Notes under the pieces: generated by a model | Told to the model about the DNA's origin: nothing | The model's database searches: none | What the model saw: only the letters and a program-made list of their open reading frames with translations | Position numbers and translations under genes: made by a program | IMG/VR virus record: IMGVR_UViG_3300035208_005087 | Location: 32,001 to 96,000 of that record | Reading direction: 5' to 3' (one strand) | From: a virus | Taxonomy: Duplodnaviria > Caudoviricetes | DNA length: 64,000 nt | In this document: positions 47,327-55,394 of the stretch, piece by piece | Numbering within the stretch: position 1 is the first letter of the stretch | Layout of the letters: each line of letters opens with the position of its first letter

Positions 47327-47833
47327 TTACACTATTACTACTGTTGCCGTTAAGTCCATATAAGGACTTGCTATTTTCTTGTCCGACACCCCTGCACTTT
47401 TGACCCAAAAGAGTGTGTCTATTGTCCTGGGTTCGTCCTCTGCCCGTACTTGATATTCCCAGCGTATTGCGTACCTTCCTGTAAACCACGAGTCCCCCAC
47501 TATGAAGTTAGGTCGAAAAAGCCCTTCCCTCATCTTTAAAGGGACTCTCTCTGTGTAACCTATGGGATTAAAAACTTCGCTTTCTGGAAAGAAAAAACCC
47601 ACAGCATAGGATACGTCATATGGTGAAAAAGGAGCTTGGGAGGTATCCCTAAAAGCTATAGTTAGATCTGCATCAGTAAGAAACATCCCGTGTTTCAGCA
47701 CAGGGATTGCCGGGTTCTCTTTCATTACCGGCGGTACCTGTCCTGGATAGAGCGGATCCTCTATATAAAAACCACCCTCGGCGGGTGCTTTACAGAGGGA
47801 CTCTTTCGAGATGTTGGGTACATAGGCAGTCAT
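47327..47833 (-). CDS. Ig-like protein paralogous to the N-domain of the 302-aa adaptor (168 aa)
   Basis: DLTIAFRD...PYDVSYAV...GRYAIRW versus DLRISIRN...PYAITYAV...GDWVVRW. Confidence 0.65.
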   Translation of the reverse strand: MTAYVPNISKESLCKAPAEGGFYIEDPLYPGQVPPVMKENPAIPVLKHGMFLTDADLTIAFRDTSQAPFSPYDVSYAVGFFFPESEVFNPIGYTERVPLKMREGLFRPNFIVGDSWFTGRYAIRWEYQVRAEDEPRTIDTLFWVKSAGVSDKKIASPYMDLTATVVIV

Positions 47834-47852
47834 AGTAAAAACTGCGCTATGG

Positions 47853-47865
47853 ATTAGAAGATTAT
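47853..47865 (-). promoter_or_regulatory. Putative late promoter motif ATAATCTTCTAAT
   Basis: Exact motif within a 33-bp intergenic gap. Confidence 0.7.
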
Positions 47866-47866
47866 C

Positions 47867-48331
47867 CTAGGCGCCTTCGTCTGCACCCTGTTCTAGGTCT
47901 TCGTCGCTTTCCATTGCAAGGATTAGTTCTAGTACTATGTAGACGATGTTGTTGTCGTAGTCTACCAAAGGGATATAATCTACCTGGCCTTCCCAAAGGA
48001 ACTCCCCTAAACCATCTCTAAGTTCTGTGCTGTCTGCGCCAGGATACTCACTTACGATATAGGCAAGAACAGGTTTGTGAGAAATTTCTTCGAGAGTTTC
48101 TTTCCTCTCCGACACGAAATCAGATACTAAGGCATTTAGCACCCGGTAGTCTTCAGGGAGGTCCCCCTCAAACGGTACAGTCAGCTGCACATAGAGGACG
48201 AAATCTTCCTCATCTATACCCGCTACCTCTTTATTACCTGATTCATGTATTTCACCTACTAAAGGCTTGCCCCAGGTTATTTTCTTTTTGGCATCTTTTG
48301 TAGCCTCAAAAACTTCTTGGATAGTTAGCAT
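47867..48331 (-). CDS. Acidic hypothetical protein (154 aa)
   Basis: ORF with AGGAG SD. Confidence 0.65.
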   Translation of the reverse strand: MLTIQEVFEATKDAKKKITWGKPLVGEIHESGNKEVAGIDEEDFVLYVQLTVPFEGDLPEDYRVLNALVSDFVSERKETLEEISHKPVLAYIVSEYPGADSTELRDGLGEFLWEGQVDYIPLVDYDNNIVYIVLELILAMESDEDLEQGADEGA

Positions 48332-48332
48332 A

Positions 48333-48590
48333 TTATCTCCTGCTTCCTAAGATTTCCCCACACAAGGACTTTAATGATCTGATTTTATCCACCAACTCTA
48401 AAGCATCCACCTGTAGTTGGTGCGCTAAGTAGTCCTTAACCAGCGTACCCGCCAGGCTAGTCCTGTTGTCCAAATGGAAGTATACCCTGCCTTTATCTGA
48501 CGAGTACCTTACTAACTTACAACCTGCTGCCATTAAACTTGCTGCCTGGTACATGTCACAGGTCCGGTATTCTTCTGTTTGTTCAGCCAT
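48333..48590 (-). CDS. DUF5659-like small protein (85 aa)
   Basis: YRTCDMYQAASL...G...GRVYFH...Y...LQVDA...IRSLK pattern. Confidence 0.6.
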   Translation of the reverse strand: MAEQTEEYRTCDMYQAASLMAAGCKLVRYSSDKGRVYFHLDNRTSLAGTLVKDYLAHQLQVDALELVDKIRSLKSLCGEILGSRR

Positions 48591-48706
48591 TTTTATATGT
48601 CCTTTTGGATGTGCCCCTAGGGGGTGCGCCTATATCTGTATGTTTATTTACAGGTTAAAAAGAATATTTAAAGAATATGCTCGTCGCTTCCATACGCTAC
48701 AAAACG

Positions 48707-48739
48707 AAAAAGGACTAAGGAGAGTCTCTCCTTAGTCCT
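48707..48739 (-). terminator. Intrinsic terminator
   Basis: AGGACTAAGGAGA-GAC-TCTCCTTAGTCCT followed by TTTT. Confidence 0.75.
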
Positions 48740-48767
48740 ACAAATGTTTTCTGAGCTCTAATGTTGC

Positions 48768-49091
48768 TTAGAAGTCACCAATGGTGTTGCTTGGGTCTGT
48801 TTTAGTACCCACAGTACCAGAACGAATACCTAAACCAGTAACGCCAGCCAAGGTGTCAGTTTCTTCAAAAACAAAAGCATCTTCAAATTTCTTTAAGATA
48901 CCTTTTTCTCGAGATAACAACACGTTCCCTGAGTTTACTAAAGCAATGCAATCACCAGGATTAACAACAATGTCCTGCCCGATAGTGCCCATTACACCGC
49001 GACCTAACTGAGGACGTACACCTACGTCTTCTAAGTAAAGAGCACCGTAGTTCACACCGTCATAACGAATTACTGTATATTTTGAAGCCAT
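48768..49091 (-). CDS. Small virion protein, possibly abundant/decoration (~107 aa)
   Basis: Start moved to MASKY (49091) after AAGGA; has its own promoter motif and terminator. Confidence 0.6.
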   Translation of the reverse strand: MASKYTVIRYDGVNYGALYLEDVGVRPQLGRGVMGTIGQDIVVNPGDCIALVNSGNVLLSREKGILKKFEDAFVFEETDTLAGVTGLGIRSGTVGTKTDPSNTIGDF

Positions 49092-49177
49092 GATAAGTTT
49101 CCTTTTTCGGTTCCTGTCCGTTCCCCACCCCACTATTGGGACTAGTTTTACAAGACTTTGTACTTTTGTTTATCTGT

Positions 49178-49190
49178 ATTATTAGATTAT
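49178..49190 (-). promoter_or_regulatory. Putative late promoter motif ATAATCTAATAAT
   Basis: Exact ATAATCTNNTAAT, intergenic. Confidence 0.6.
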
Positions 49191-49206
49191 GTCTTAGCCA
49201 CCTCTA

Positions 49207-49878
49207 TTAGGGGGCTGGTTTTGCTATGAGCGTGTACTCCACTTTACCAGGCACAGTGCCTGAGTAGTTTGAGTAGGTGATTAACATCGCACGGGCACCG
49301 AGAGGATCATTTTTAAGGTATATAGTTTCGGTCGCTATTACCCCCGTCCCAGAGAACGTCCTCTCTATCACAAATTCGTCTTCATAAAAAGGTACACTAG
49401 ATACCGCCAAGGCTCCTCTCGCCGAGGAGGCTCCCGCTACCCACCCTCTAGCCGCTTCTGATAAAGCGGACAGCTGGGCGCTCTTAGCATAGTTGTCAAT
49501 TTGTACACCCCTACGCACCCCTTCTGTCCCTACCGCCTTCGCAGGAGCTTCCGCTAGGTCACTTTCCCCATCCACCCCATTCACATAAGTCGCTTTGAAG
49601 TACAACGGGGTACTGGCAAAGGACACTGCGGCCAAGCTGATGTCTGCGCTCTGCACCTCTGCTAGGGATACCGTGATCAATATCCGCGGGTCGGAAATGC
49701 CTCGTTCTGATAGGTAGGGGATGGAACCTTTCACCTTATAGAAGGTAGCAAACTCCCCTACCGCTACATACACATTCAAGTACTCCGCGTCCAGTATACC
49801 TAACTCAGCTTTATCCACAAAAAGATTTACCTGATTACTGTAAACCTTTTCTAGTTGTAGCCTTATTGTTGTTGCCAT
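49207..49878 (-). CDS. FN3-like structural protein (223 aa)
   Basis: YLNVYV...LYFKATYVNGVDGES; similar to 59732..60346. Confidence 0.6.
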   Translation of the reverse strand: MATTIRLQLEKVYSNQVNLFVDKAELGILDAEYLNVYVAVGEFATFYKVKGSIPYLSERGISDPRILITVSLAEVQSADISLAAVSFASTPLYFKATYVNGVDGESDLAEAPAKAVGTEGVRRGVQIDNYAKSAQLSALSEAARGWVAGASSARGALAVSSVPFYEDEFVIERTFSGTGVIATETIYLKNDPLGARAMLITYSNYSGTVPGKVEYTLIAKPAP

Positions 49879-49925
49879 GTCTCTGCCTCTTTTGTTTTAA
49901 TGTCTTTCAAAACCGCTACGAAACC

Positions 49926-49938
49926 ATTAACAGATTAT
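49926..49938 (-). promoter_or_regulatory. Putative late promoter motif ATAATCTGTTAAT
   Basis: Exact motif overlapping the glycosyltransferase stop codon. Confidence 0.6.
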
Positions 49939-52900
49939 GATTTCAAGAGGTTCCATTCCTGGAGCCACCCTTTCGCTATGTTCTCCCAGGAGTAGGCGAC
50001 CGCTTTCTTGTGTGCTTTTTCTGCCCAGTACCAGCGGTAAGGCTCGTCTGTTAGTGTCTTTATTACTTCCGCTAAAAACTTTTCTTGGTACTCTTTAGTG
50101 AAAGACCACTGTGTGGGGTTCACTGTGTCTGGCCCTGTTATGTATATACCAGCCTCCCCCACTGTAGTCAACAACCCTGCTAAAGGGGTTGTTACTATAG
50201 CATTCTGGGCCAAGCCTGCTTCCACCGCGGATATACAAAAGGTCTCTGTGAACCACGTAGGATATGCCCAAACTTTGGCCTTCTTCTGGTACTCAGCAAG
50301 TTCCTTCTTAGAAACTCTACCTACATACTTCACACCCGGTTGGTCTAAGAGTCCTTTCAGTTTCTCGATCCTTGCTAGCTCTTCAGCGTTGTTCCTGGCC
50401 AGGGCCGCCTTTTCCCAATTCTCAAAGCCGTATGCAACCACTAATTCAAAGTCTGGCACCTCTTTAAGGATTTGAGGGACCATACCCAGCAACTGCAATA
50501 ACCCTCTATCAGGAGATGAGCTGTAAACCGCCATGTTCTTCTTCTCTAATATGGGCACCTGGGCATACAGTTCTTGTCTTACGCCATTGGCCGTCAAAAA
50601 CAATTGCTCTTGGGGTATCCCGTGATGCCTGTGCACAAACTCTTTATGCCATTCACTCAAAACACCATACTTTTTAACAGCCCATTTTTTTACATCGTAG
50701 TTTTTGTCCTGGTTCAACCAAATGTCATGTACCATTACATCTACCCTTCCAGCATGGAGCTTACCCTGGTTATACAAATCACAGGATCTTGATAACAGAA
50801 GGAAGTCTACGTGTAAATGTTGGGACCACTCAAAGTACTTACTGTAATGCAGGTAGGTTACTCCGTCCTTATCTTTTGCCCCATCCTCCACACAGTCGTT
50901 GAACACATACGTATCCGCACCCGTCTTACTAAACTCTGCCGCCAACTCCGCAGCCCATGTTTCAGAACCCGCCATACCTCTCTCAACAGTGTCCCTGTCC
51001 CATTTTTCCCATGCAGGACCTGTAAATATTACCACCCTAGGCTTCTTCCACTTTTCCTGATAAAGCCAGTGATTATATTTATCCTCTTTGTCGTATTCCT
51101 CTTTACCTTCACTTTGATAAGCCCCTCGACTTATACCACCAAAGTGGAAAACAAATGAATCTATAGCCTGCCCGGTGCGGTAGTTCATCTTTTTTAACCG
51201 CCGACAGTGGTCTAGATCCTCGCAACCGTTCTTATATAAAGGATCCAATTCTCCTACTTCAAGCCACGCCGACCGTGCAAATATTGTGGCATAGTAAGCT
51301 ACCCACGGCTGCTCTCTGAACTGCCCATGTAGCGCACCATTAGAGCGTTCCATAAACTCATTTAGTTCTGCTAAGTGAGGGTTTATCTGGGGTATTGTCA
51401 TGGCAGGTACTAACTCTAAACCAGCCTTCTGTAACCGCATCGGGTAATTAGGAGTCCCTTCTGTCCCGTGTAACCACCCCCTGTCACAGTTAGACAGAAC
51501 ACCGCATGCTGCTAACCTATCCTCTCTGTCCATTTTAGCAGCCAAGTTATCTAACCAACCCTTAGAAACAATTACATCTGAGTTTAATACCACAAAGTAT
51601 TTGCCTGCACCGGACATATTTACACCGGCATTCACCGCTTGGGAAAAATTCTTTCTTTCACCCCTCTTACCTAATACAGTCACACCCTCTAAGGAGTCTA
51701 AGTACTGCCAAGTCTCTTCCCCCGAACCCGCATCAGATAAGATAATGTGATAGGGGTGATCCGTATTCGCACGTATGCTCTTTACACATTCTTTGAGGTA
51801 CGGCACCTCATTGTATACGGGGACTATGATGGGGATAGCTGGTTTTGGTCCTTCTTCTACAGCTTTAGGGGTTATAACTTCTCGGGGTTCCCAAGATGTG
51901 AGAACTTTATCCCATTTATCAGCGATGGCCTCTATAGAATACCCTTGTACGCTATCTTTCCCATTCATGCCTATCTGTATCCTTTTATATACATCTTTTA
52001 ACTCTACTAATGCTGCATACCAGTCTTCGGGGTTGTCACAAAGATAACCGTTTTCCTTATGCTTTATAAAGTCTAGATATGCCGGTAGTTTTGAGGCTAT
52101 GACCGGGATACCTAAGGCCATGGCCTGGGCTGCCTTGATATTGGATTTTGCGGGCTGCTCTTTTACTCTTTGTGGGCACAGTACTACATGGGCACTTTTC
52201 ATAACATCTTGCCAACCTTCCAAGCTCCACGGGACTGTCGCATTTTCCCATTCGGTACAAACCTCTAGCTCATACCCTGCCTCTGTTATAGTGTCCTTTA
52301 AGTACTCTGTCACTAGGTAGGAATTACCTCCCATACCTATGAACAAAGCTTTTAACTTTTCCTGACCTTGCAAGTAATTGTAGGGCTCCCCCTCTAACGG
52401 TTCATAGGCGTCCTCTATCACCGTAACTTTCTTTGCATACGGTTTTGCCATTTTTGCTAATTCTTTTGAACAGCATACCACTCCGTCAGCTAAGGATAAC
52501 ATTTCCGCTACATTGGTGATACCTATCACCCCCTCGTTAAAATCGAAAAGGACGAGGATGCCTTGCTCCTGCAACTTTTTTACTAGCTCCATATCCACTG
52601 GACTGTACGAGCTGAAGATAGCTATGTCCAAAGTGTCCTTAGCTTTTGCTACTACGGTGTCTACGGGGACTCTGTGATAATTACTGTGTACATCCGCAGC
52701 GTACCCCCTCTTCTTCATCTCTAACAGTAAGTTTAATCTTCGTATTCTTTGTGAGGGGTATTCTGGTACTATGACTTCCTCAAAGAAGCCTATTCTATAC
52801 TGGGACAAAGGGCCTGTCTTTCCTTGAGGGGTTTCTTTAGCTTTCCTTAACTTCTCTTGTAGATAGTTCACGTTGCCTACGTACGCCGCGCTACCCGGGC

Positions 52901-53996
52901 TAATCTCTAGGAATTTTTGCGCACAGAGAAGCGCCCGCTCCACATTGTTAGTCTCATCATACAAGAACATTAGTTTCTCTAGTGGTTTTTTATTGTAGTA
53001 TGAGGGGTCCGCTGCAAAAAGGCCATCTGCTTTTTTAGTCAATGCTTTTTCTAGATACTGTATCGCCTTGTTCTTATCTTTACTTAAATGTACTTCTATG
53101 TCAGCAAGGAGCACATACACCTCTGCGTACTCTTCACTGATAGTGAGAGCTTTTAGCAGGGTCTCCCTTGCTGCTCCTAAATCTTGTTTTTCTTTGAGAT
53201 ACCTAGCAAATCGTATATGTGCTTGTATCCGATTCTGGTAATAGTCATTGGGGCCGTTCAGGTACTCTTTTAGGGCCTTGATAGATTTTTCCCTCTCTCC
53301 CGAATCAAAAAGATCTTTTACATAATAAAAGATATTTCTGGGGGAGGCTTTCCCACTACCATAAAGCTTTTCCAAAATACGTAGATTTCTGTCAGTGTGT
53401 GTGGTTTTAATGCGCCTATGCTCTACACTAATGTCAAACCTTTCTAAATGGGGCACATTTGAATATATTGGAAGATATTCATGTATAGGGTCGCACCATC
53501 GGTACACTGGATCATTTAATGTGATTCTTTCCCTAGGTAAGGTCAGTAACACTTTGTCTCCCGACCATGAGTAATTATAATTCATTAGCACATAGTGCAC
53601 CTGGCATTTTTCCAAAACACTACTTTTCAAATCTTGCAATTTACGGTATGCCTCTACACTTAATTCATCATCAGCGTCTAACCACATGATGTACTTACCT
53701 TTCGCCTGGTCGTAACAGTAATTTCTTGCAGCCGAGAAATCATCTACCCACTTAAAGAAGGGAGTCCTTGCTGCATACTTTTTGGCCACGGCCTCTACTT
53801 GTGTATCTTCGTGTGTCCTTGTTACTATTATCTCGTCAAACAAAGAACCTTGGGTACTTCTTAGACATCTCTCTAATTCTACCTGTTCCTCTTTACCCAC
53901 TATGATGCACAGGGATAATAGCGTGTCCCCCTTAGTTTTTGCCACGGTATTCCTCACATTTCTCGTTTTTTTCTTACGATGTTTAGCAGCACTCAC
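49935..53996 (-). CDS. Multidomain glycosyltransferase GT2-TPR-GT4-GT2-GT4 (1353 aa)
   Basis: GT2: LSLCIIV...DDFSAARN...WLDADD; TPR helices; GT-B: KSNIKAAQAMALGIPVIAS; GT2: IIVPVYN...NFSQAVNAG...LNSDV...EDLD; GT-B: YPTWFTETFCISAVEA. Confidence 0.9.
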   Translation of the reverse strand: MSAAKHRKKKTRNVRNTVAKTKGDTLLSLCIIVGKEEQVELERCLRSTQGSLFDEIIVTRTHEDTQVEAVAKKYAARTPFFKWVDDFSAARNYCYDQAKGKYIMWLDADDELSVEAYRKLQDLKSSVLEKCQVHYVLMNYNYSWSGDKVLLTLPRERITLNDPVYRWCDPIHEYLPIYSNVPHLERFDISVEHRRIKTTHTDRNLRILEKLYGSGKASPRNIFYYVKDLFDSGEREKSIKALKEYLNGPNDYYQNRIQAHIRFARYLKEKQDLGAARETLLKALTISEEYAEVYVLLADIEVHLSKDKNKAIQYLEKALTKKADGLFAADPSYYNKKPLEKLMFLYDETNNVERALLCAQKFLEISPGSAAYVGNVNYLQEKLRKAKETPQGKTGPLSQYRIGFFEEVIVPEYPSQRIRRLNLLLEMKKRGYAADVHSNYHRVPVDTVVAKAKDTLDIAIFSSYSPVDMELVKKLQEQGILVLFDFNEGVIGITNVAEMLSLADGVVCCSKELAKMAKPYAKKVTVIEDAYEPLEGEPYNYLQGQEKLKALFIGMGGNSYLVTEYLKDTITEAGYELEVCTEWENATVPWSLEGWQDVMKSAHVVLCPQRVKEQPAKSNIKAAQAMALGIPVIASKLPAYLDFIKHKENGYLCDNPEDWYAALVELKDVYKRIQIGMNGKDSVQGYSIEAIADKWDKVLTSWEPREVITPKAVEEGPKPAIPIIVPVYNEVPYLKECVKSIRANTDHPYHIILSDAGSGEETWQYLDSLEGVTVLGKRGERKNFSQAVNAGVNMSGAGKYFVVLNSDVIVSKGWLDNLAAKMDREDRLAACGVLSNCDRGWLHGTEGTPNYPMRLQKAGLELVPAMTIPQINPHLAELNEFMERSNGALHGQFREQPWVAYYATIFARSAWLEVGELDPLYKNGCEDLDHCRRLKKMNYRTGQAIDSFVFHFGGISRGAYQSEGKEEYDKEDKYNHWLYQEKWKKPRVVIFTGPAWEKWDRDTVERGMAGSETWAAELAAEFSKTGADTYVFNDCVEDGAKDKDGVTYLHYSKYFEWSQHLHVDFLLLSRSCDLYNQGKLHAGRVDVMVHDIWLNQDKNYDVKKWAVKKYGVLSEWHKEFVHRHHGIPQEQLFLTANGVRQELYAQVPILEKKNMAVYSSSPDRGLLQLLGMVPQILKEVPDFELVVAYGFENWEKAALARNNAEELARIEKLKGLLDQPGVKYVGRVSKKELAEYQKKAKVWAYPTWFTETFCISAVEAGLAQNAIVTTPLAGLLTTVGEAGIYITGPDTVNPTQWSFTKEYQEKFLAEVIKTLTDEPYRWYWAEKAHKKAVAYSWENIAKGWLQEWNLLKS

Positions 53997-54163
53997 GATA
54001 TCCCTCGCATTTCTCGTTTTTTTCTTTCGACAAAATCGGCCAGGGCTACCCTTGCCTCCTCGGCAGGATCTGTCATTCTTTCCTTAGCATAGCCCCCAAA
54101 CCACTCCTTTACTTCAGGAGAAACCCTTAACGACCACACTACTTTTTTGTTTTTGACGCTCAT
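53993..54163 (-). CDS. Ribbon-helix-helix (CopG/Arc-like) DNA-binding protein (56 aa)
   Basis: MSVKNKKVVWSLRVSPEVKEWFGGYAKERMTDPAEEARVALADFVER: alternating beta strand then two helices. Start moved to the ATG at 54163. Confidence 0.65.
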   Translation of the reverse strand: MSVKNKKVVWSLRVSPEVKEWFGGYAKERMTDPAEEARVALADFVERKKREMRGIS

Positions 54164-54185
54164 ATGTATACCATGGTATACATAT
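54162..54185. promoter_or_regulatory. Perfect 24-bp palindrome, putative RHH operator
   Basis: ATATGTATACCATGGTATACATAT, between the promoter motif and the RHH start codon. Confidence 0.7.
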
Positions 54186-54196
54186 TTATAGATTAT
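54184..54196 (-). promoter_or_regulatory. Putative late promoter variant ATAATCTATAAAT
   Basis: One mismatch to consensus; intergenic. Confidence 0.55.
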
Positions 54197-54209
54197 TAGG
54201 GGACCTGTG

Positions 54210-54818
54210 TTAGCCCATGTATGTGATGACATCCGCAGCAGCTAGCAGCTGCTCGTACTTTACCATTCGTTGCTCTGTTAAGAAGTCATCACGAGGAGTT
54301 ACCCTTAGTACTATCCGTGCTTCATCAAAGGACCCTGTCATGACTAAGGGTATCAGATTCATGGTTGCTTGTGCTATGCCCATACCCGATTGGGAGTCTA
54401 GATCCGAGGTTATACATTCCTGCCGAAACAAGGAGATAAACTCAAAGCCCACCTTGACGTTGTAAGCTACCTCGTCCGCAGGTGTATATACATTATTTAA
54501 TCGCATACAGTTGTTATTCATCTCTATCTCATACCTGGATTGGTTTACCGCTTCTCCGAAGAAGTCTATGACCTCGTGCGACGCATAGTCATCTAGTATG
54601 CTATGAGACTCTGTTAACCAGTAATTCTTATTGTTATACACGCAGACCGAGTCTACATAACAAACCCTACTTATATAACTCATATCTTCTATTCTCCTTA
54701 GGTACAGATAAGGGGTATGGTCTGTTATCCCGTATGAAACCAAGAACTGCTTTGCTAGGGCTATGGTGTCAAAAGCCCCTAAAATTTTGGATGTAGATTG
54801 TTTCATTAAATATATCAT
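54210..54818 (-). CDS. Hypothetical protein, possible fibre assembly factor (~202 aa)
   Basis: Start moved to the ATG at 54818 (ATGA overlap with the upstream stop, GGAGG SD). Confidence 0.55.
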   Translation of the reverse strand: MIYLMKQSTSKILGAFDTIALAKQFLVSYGITDHTPYLYLRRIEDMSYISRVCYVDSVCVYNNKNYWLTESHSILDDYASHEVIDFFGEAVNQSRYEIEMNNNCMRLNNVYTPADEVAYNVKVGFEFISLFRQECITSDLDSQSGMGIAQATMNLIPLVMTGSFDEARIVLRVTPRDDFLTEQRMVKYEQLLAAADVITYMG

Positions 54819-55390
54819 AAGGCCTCCACTTTTAGGTACAGTGTGGACGAGGTGCTTACAAAGGGTTCGCAGGTGTCGCCCGTTAACGACCACCCCAGAA
54901 CGGTCGCCCCTGCCCCGGAGTCATCACGAGCACTGGCTGCCGTTCTGTACGTCATATACCTTTCTCCTAGCCCTAAATAGTAGGAAGTACCTCCTACAAG
55001 AGTCGGGCCTGTTCCTCCAAATGTTTTTGTGTGTATGTAAGACGCATCCCCCTCTATAGTATCTCCTACGACTGCCGACACTCCTGTCATACCCATTTGC
55101 GAAAAAACCATAGTCCGGTTCGCATTATACACCGCTACTACATAATTAAAATGAGGGGGGGTGTTGCTGTGTATCATACTGAAAGCCTCTAATGTCATCG
55201 TCGATGCCGGTGTGTACTCTACCATGAATACACTGTCCGTCACGAAGGGCTGCCAACTGTCTGCGCTAGCGCCCCCTTTTTGCCACAACAAATTATCCCC
55301 CATCCATACGTGAGAGATGTCATTGGGCCCTAGCACTATCTCACTAGTTTCAACAAAGGAGTTTATCACTACGTTACTGGTGTCTGCCAT
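54815..55390 (-). CDS. Small beta-rich protein downstream of collagen, possible fibre tip/receptor-binding subunit (191 aa)
   Basis: ISHVWMGDNLLWQ N-terminal motif seen in small fibre-associated proteins; position. Confidence 0.55.
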   Translation of the reverse strand: MADTSNVVINSFVETSEIVLGPNDISHVWMGDNLLWQKGGASADSWQPFVTDSVFMVEYTPASTMTLEAFSMIHSNTPPHFNYVVAVYNANRTMVFSQMGMTGVSAVVGDTIEGDASYIHTKTFGGTGPTLVGGTSYYLGLGERYMTYRTAASARDDSGAGATVLGWSLTGDTCEPFVSTSSTLYLKVEAL

Positions 55391-55394
55391 GACA

